DNA of 64,000 nucleotides from Pristiophorus japonicus (Eukaryota): contig NC_091994.1 of NCBI RefSeq assembly GCF_044704955.1, positions 101,060,001 through 101,124,000 on the forward strand, read 5' to 3'. Both the position numbers and the translations under genes were made by a program. Shown here one piece after another: positions 59,311-64,000 of the stretch (within the stretch, counting starts at the first letter, position 1; each line of letters starts with the position of its first letter). The notes beneath the pieces were generated by a model. The model was not told the origin of the DNA and ran no database searches. It saw nothing but the letters and a program-made list of their open reading frames with translations.

Positions 59311-60039
59311 GGAGCTCTCAGTTGCTCGTTAACTCCAGAGATTTAAATTGGTTTTACATTAATATATGTCCTGACTTTGATCTGTTTTTTCGCAGCTCAT
59401 TTTTAGGGTAAGGTAACTGTTACTGTGGTGGCCTTGTCTGCCAACAAGACAACAGCAGTATCTTCTTGTGATAACCTCTGAATCAGGCATCGGCCAATGA
59501 CAGGGAACGTAGATACGTGCCAACATACTGGGAGCAGGTTTGAGCTGTACCTCGGCTTTGGTGGGGCTGGAAGGTCGATTGATTAGTCATGGGAATGAGT
59601 GGAATGGTTACACTGCTCTGAGGTGTGGCTGCTTCATCCTGAGTCCAAATCTTTCAACACAAAGCTATCAAAGGCAAGAGAAAATCAATATTAGCATCCC
59701 CTTTCAATAGAGAATCTGGACCTTGTTCCCTCACTCCAAGGTGTCCTTCAACTTAAATTTGTAGATTATCTTTTATTGTATTATATGTCGCAGAGGTGTC
59801 CTGAAAGTCTGAAGATAGAGTCAGACTTTTATCAGCCTGCCTCTCAATGTGCTGTCAGTAAACAGTGGTGTCTGATAGAAAGTACAGACCACAGAAGATC
59901 GCAGTGGCTGTGCATCCAAACATCTCTGCGGAGACTCTGTTTCTTTTTTTTCTCTTTTGCAACTTTCTCCCTCCCTCCCCGGAAGGTGTTGGCTCATATT
60001 TGGGTATGGCTCCGTGTACACTTACCATCTCGACTCGAT

Positions 60040-60385
60040 CCTTCAGAATAGCCACTGAAACCCCTCAAACTCATCTACCAATCCTTCCACAGCCCCTCCC
60101 AATCTCTGCATCCACCTTCAGCCTCCTATCCCCTTCAATACCCATCCGGTTATCGAACACTGACTTTCCTCTCCAGAGCTCTCCCCCTAAACCCCCGTAT
60201 CTATTAATTCTATTCTCTCAGCCTTTAAAAACCTTCTCAAACCCTACCATGTTGACCAAATTTTCAGTTAGCACTCTTAATTTCTCCTACTATCGCTCAG
60301 TGCCCCAACCTATTTCCATTTATGAGTCTCCTTGGAGTTTGACTTTTGATTGAAGGTGCTAAATATAAATGTGTCTTTTCTAAAT
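60040..60385 (+). mobile_element. Old L2 3' fragment
   Basis: Pyrimidine-rich decay ending in GAAGGTGCTAAATATAAATG. Confidence 0.45.
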
Positions 60386-60494
60386 AAATGCAAATGGTTG
60401 CTGTTGGCCAAGTAAAGAGGTCAGTGATCATGAGTGACCGTAGAAAGTGAGCCTGACTCGGGCCTCGGGGACACACTTCGCAGTGTGAATGGGG

Positions 60495-60788
60495 AATGGT
60501 AGTGTCGTGGTTATGTTACTGGGCTAATGGAAAAACCCAACTGGATCATTAATGTCCCTTAGGGAAGGAAACCTGCCAGCCTTACCCCTTGTCTGGTTGA
60601 TATGTGACTCCAGTCCCACACCAATGTGGTTGACTCTTAACTGTTCTCTGAAGTGGCCTAGCAAACAACTCAATTGTATCAAATCGCTACAAACAATAAG
60701 AAATCCCCCCACCACCTGGGCAACTAGCGATGGGCAATTAATGCCCGCCTTGTCAGCGCGCCCATATCCCACTATGAATTTTTAAAAA
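60495..60788 (+). mobile_element. Second shark SINE family, diverged copy
   Basis: GTGGTTATGTTACTGG head, TTAGGGAAGGAAACCTGCC core and GGGCAACTAGCGATGGGCAATTAATG tail. Confidence 0.65.
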
Positions 60789-61364
60789 GGAATCGGAGAA
60801 TCATGAGCAGGTGCAGGAAATCTGGTTGACTTTATTTCCTCCTTTCTTATGCCTGGAACATGAGAAGAATTCCTATGACCCTACCAGTGCTTCACCTCAG
60901 TGCAGGTGTAGATCAGGGATCAAATCTGGAAGCTTGCTGGGCAATGAGGCAGCTTCAGGTTAATTGCTGCTGATAGCTTTCAACTTTGTAATTTAGAAAA
61001 AGCAAAAAAACTATCTATTTTGTTAAGTTTCCATGTGCTCTGAATCCCTTGAAGGGAAAGTAGTTGTTTAAGGAGAAGACAGAGTCGGGTTGAGGGATAG
61101 TGTACCCAGTTCCACCCCTCCCCCATTTCCTGAGGTTAGTAGTGGATCTGTTCAATTTGTCCAGGAGCTCCTCCAGAAGGACAGAGGCTGGTTTTATAAT
61201 ACAGGCAGTCCCCGATTTGTTAAGCAGGTCAAATAAATATGGATAAGGGAGTCCCATTTGGCCAAATTTACTCAAGCAGAAAAAAGACCCATATCATAGC
61301 ATCCAACTTACTCAAATGATTCCACAGGCTGTGTCTCCACCACTCCACCCACAGATCTCTTCCG

Positions 61365-61475
61365 TGGCAGGCAGGAGTTTCTGCCTTTGCGTTTGCCTGC
61401 CTACAATCTTCCATCCATCAAAGTGAATGGGTGGAAGATCTTGGGCAGACGAGTGTTGATGCAGAAGCCCCGTCC
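61365..61475. repeat. Hairpin / palindromic MITE core
   Basis: ATCTTCCATCCAT-CAAAGTGA-ATGGGTGGAAGAT with extended imperfect arms. Confidence 0.55.
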
Positions 61476-62159
61476 CTGCAGTGATGACTCTTGTGTGAAG
61501 TAGAACTTCCTGACATCAGTCCTAAATTCTCTTACCCCTTCGTCTTTTCATCGCAGTTTAATTTGAAGTAGCTTTCTGGATTAGTCTTTGGTATAGCCTT
61601 TACTTTCTTATACCTTTGAAGCCATGGCTTAATGCCCTCCACAAGTGAAGCCCTATCTATATACAGAAATAAAAAAGCACACGGATACTACTGCAGGATT
61701 CCAATTCTCATCTTGAAATGGTGGTCTGCATTATCATTCTTTATCATTACTTATAATGATGGGCAAATACATTTTTATGCCATTTCTATATCACAATGTA
61801 TTAGTTTCCTGACACACTCTGACATTGCTAATGGAGCTGTTATGGAACAGAAATACCTGTTTTATATTAAAGGCCTGGTGTTGTCTTGTTAGGAAGAGGA
61901 GGAGGAGAGAGAAGGAGACATCATCTCTGTTGCCAATGGCAACCTTGCTTTGGTGACATCAGGCCAACTAACTTTGTTTGTGTTCACCTGAGGATTACAG
62001 GGATTGTGCCTGTCTCATAATACCCTGATGGTCCAGTTTATGAATGGGTGTCCAAAATTTTCTAAACTGTAAACCCGACACCAAAAGGCTGTTTCTGAAA
62101 ACAGAAAGCTGGTTCTTCTCACTTACTCCTATCTTGTGAGGGTGTTAATTATTCAAGTT

Positions 62160-64000
62160 AACATTGCAACAAAATTCTAAAAGGGCAAAGTGTGTTAAAA
62201 AGACAAGCCTGAATGCTTTGTGCCTCAATGCGAGGAGTATTCGTAATAAGGTGGACGAATTAACTGCACAGGCAGCAATTAATGAATATGATATAATTGG
62301 CATCACGGAGACATGGCTCCAGGGTGACCAAGGCTGGGAACTCAACATCCAGGGTACTCAATATTCAGGAAGGATAGACAGAAAGGAAAAGGAGCTGGGG
62401 TAGCGTTGCTGGTTAAAGAAGAAATTAACCCAACAGTAATATTAATAGTAATAGTAATAGTAATAGTAATAAATGCAATAGTAAGGAGGGACATTAGCCT
62501 GGATGATGTGGAATTGGTATGGGTGGAGCTGCGGAATACCAAAGGGCAGAAAACACTAGTGGGAGTTGTGTACAGATCACCAAACAGCAGTAGTAAGGTT
62601 GGGGACAGCATCAAACAAGAAATTAGGGATGCATGCAATAAAGGTACAGCAGTTATCATGGGCGACTTTAATCTACATATAGATTGGGCTAACCAAACTG
62701 GTAGAAATATGGTGGAGGAGGATTTCCTGGAGTGCATTAGGGATGGTTTTCTGGACCAATATGTCGAGGAACCAACTAGAGGGCTGGCCATCCTGGACTG
62801 GGTGATGTGAAATGAGAAAGGACTAATGAGCAATCTGTTGTGCGAGGCCCCTTGGGGAAGAATTATCATAATATGGTAGAATTCTTTATTAAGATGGAGA
62901 GTGACACAGTTAATTCAGAGACTAGGGTCCTGAACTTAAGGAAAGGTAACTTCGATGGTATGAGACGTGAATTGGCTAGCATAGACTGACAAATGATACT
63001 TAAAGGGTTGACGGTGGATAGGCAATGGCAAACATTTAAAGATCACATGGATGAACTTCAACAATTGTACATCCCTGTCTGGAGTAAAACTAAAATGGGG
63101 AAGGTGGCTTAACCATGGCTAACAAGGGAAATTAAGGATAGTGTTAAATTCAAGGAAGAGGCATATAAATTGGCCAGAAAAAGCAGCAAACCTGAGGACT
63201 GGGAGAAATTTAGAATTCAGCAGAGGAGGACAAAGGGTTTAATTAGGAGGGAGAAATTAGAGTATGAGAGGAAACTTGCTGGGAACATAAAAATTAACTG
63301 CAAAAGCTTCTATAGATATGTGAAGAGAAAAAGATTAGTGAAAACAAATGTAGGTCTCTTGCAGTCAGATACAGGTGAATTTATAATAGGGAACAAAGAA
63401 ATGGCAGACCAGTTGAACAAATACTTTGGTTCTGTGTTCACGAAGGAAGACACAAATAACCTTCCGGAAGTACCAGGGGACCGAGGGTCTAGTGAGAAGG
63501 AGGAACTGAAGGATATCCTTATTAGGCGGGAAATTGTGTAAGGGAAATTGATGGGATTGAAGGCCGATAAATCCCCGTGGCCTGATAGTTTGCATCCCAG
63601 AGTACTTAACGAAGTAGCCCTAGAAATAGTGGATGCATTGGTGATCATTTCACAACAGTCTGTCGACTCTGGATCAGTTCCTATGGACTGGAGGGTAGCT
63701 AACATAACACCACTTTTTAAAAAAGGAGGGAGAGAGAAAACGGATAATTATAGACCGGTTAGCCTGACATCAGTAGTGAGGAAAATGTTGGAATCAATCA
63801 TTAAGGATGAAATAGCAGCGCATTTGGAAAGCAGTTACAGGATCGGTCCATGATGAATTTATGAAAGGGAAATCTTGCTTGACAAATCTTCTGGAATTTT
63901 TTGAGGATGTAACTAGTAGAGTGGACAAGGGAGAACCAGTGGATGGAGTGTATTTGGACTTTCAAAAGGCTTTTGACAAGGTCCCACACAGGAGATTGGT
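62160..64000 (+). mobile_element. CR1 LINE ORF2 (endonuclease to RT N-half), degenerate, runs off the window
   Basis: LNARSIRNK, IIGITETWL, GVVYRSPN, IMGDFN, EEPTR...ILDWV, DWRVANITPLFKKG, NYRPVSLTS. Confidence 0.95.

Overview
Eukaryotic, repeat-dense non-coding DNA, almost certainly from a cartilaginous fish (shark). The evidence is Deu-domain SacSINE1-like SINEs, CR1, L2 and RTE LINEs, an LF-SINE-like relic and a 67-bp LF-SINE-like minisatellite. I found no recognisable host protein-coding exon, RNA gene or CRISPR array. The long ORFs I can recognise all belong to decayed transposons: a PIF/Harbinger element (6694-9625), a two-LTR Mag-type Ty3/Gypsy provirus with an internal RT deletion (12106-16226, TSD GGTCA), a long RTE LINE (24477-27671, 10-bp TSD), several CR1 and L2 pieces, and many MITEs. 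The most notable structure occurs twice, at 27822-29570 and 54137-55440. Each locus is a solo LTR of the same ~270-bp family carrying a tandem array of Tx1-clade retrotransposon 3' fragments (2 and 3 units). The fragments sit at the same nucleotide position next to a small hairpin and are separated by 14-15-bp direct repeats. This looks like a sequence-specific retroelement that parasitises an LTR and re-inserts repeatedly at one site. Boundaries were read by eye; those without a TIR or TSD are approximate. Family names come from recall and need a database check.
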